In this document: one piece after another, positions 63,827 to 64,000 of the stretch
Numbering within the stretch: position 1 is the stretch's first letter
Layout of the letters: the number at the start of each line of letters is the position of its first letter
DNA from: an uncultured delta proteobacterium
Lineage (GTDB): Bacteria; Desulfobacterota; Binatia; UBA9968
Assembly: GCA_963816145.1 (NCBI GenBank)
Contig: CAWFJP010000003.1
Span: forward strand, 448,001-512,000
Length of the DNA: 64,000 nt
Direction: 5' to 3'
Translations under genes and position numbers: made by a program
Notes under the pieces: model-generated
Seen by the model: only the letters and a program-made list of their open reading frames with translations
What the model was told of the DNA's origin: nothing
Databases searched by the model: none

Positions 63827-64000
63827 CTATTTCTTGTCTTCTTTAATTTCCGGAAACAAATCGTTCTTCGGCGCGAACGCTTTCTTCCAAACCATCACGC
63901 TGCGGGCGTAATCGATCACCACCTTACCCTCCTGCTGGATACCGCGGGTGCGCACTTTGAGGATGCCCCATTGCGGTTTCGACTTAGACTCGCGCTTCTC
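63827..64000 (-). CDS. MaoC-like dehydratase, C-terminal part (5'-truncated by window edge)
   Basis: Manual translation EKRESKSKPQWGILKVRTRGIQQEGKVVIDYARSVMVWKK...KK-stop; typical hotdog dehydratase tail, upstream of a CoA-transferase. Confidence 0.7.
   Translation of the reverse strand, partial: EKRESKSKPQWGILKVRTRGIQQEGKVVIDYARSVMVWKKAFAPKNDLFPEIKEDKK

Overview
A 64-kb, gene-dense, moderately GC-rich bacterial chromosomal segment. Its many stand-alone solute-binding proteins, bicupins, VOC proteins, ThDP enzymes and catabolic oxidoreductases resemble Candidatus Binatia-type genomes; this taxonomy is inference only. Contents: the 3' part of a cpaF/tadA ATPase, two catabolic clusters (hydrolase-aldolase-PrpD-enolase-livKHMGF-2x ThDP enzyme; LLM-hydantoinase/oxoprolinase AB-SDR-eda-decarboxylase-like), an extra RpoD-like sigma factor, tandem signal-peptide-bearing SAM methyltransferases, and a toxin-antitoxin pair beside a heavily frameshifted hsdM-hsdR fusion lacking hsdS. 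At least four families of intergenic palindromic or tandem repeats are present, some nested. The best hidden signal, missed by the ORF track, is a glutathione S-transferase at 33818-34378 with an in-frame TGA exactly at the catalytic Cys of the CPYA motif, followed by a SECIS-like hairpin, i.e. a probable selenoprotein. Other leads are a degenerate signal-peptidase-II-like protein, overlapping sigma54/ECF-like promoter motifs before the extra sigma-70 gene, and a ~190-220 bp composite repeat. No rRNA, tRNA, CRISPR array or transposase was recognised. Several single-base frameshifts look like assembly errors. All calls come from motif recognition by eye; no database searches were run.
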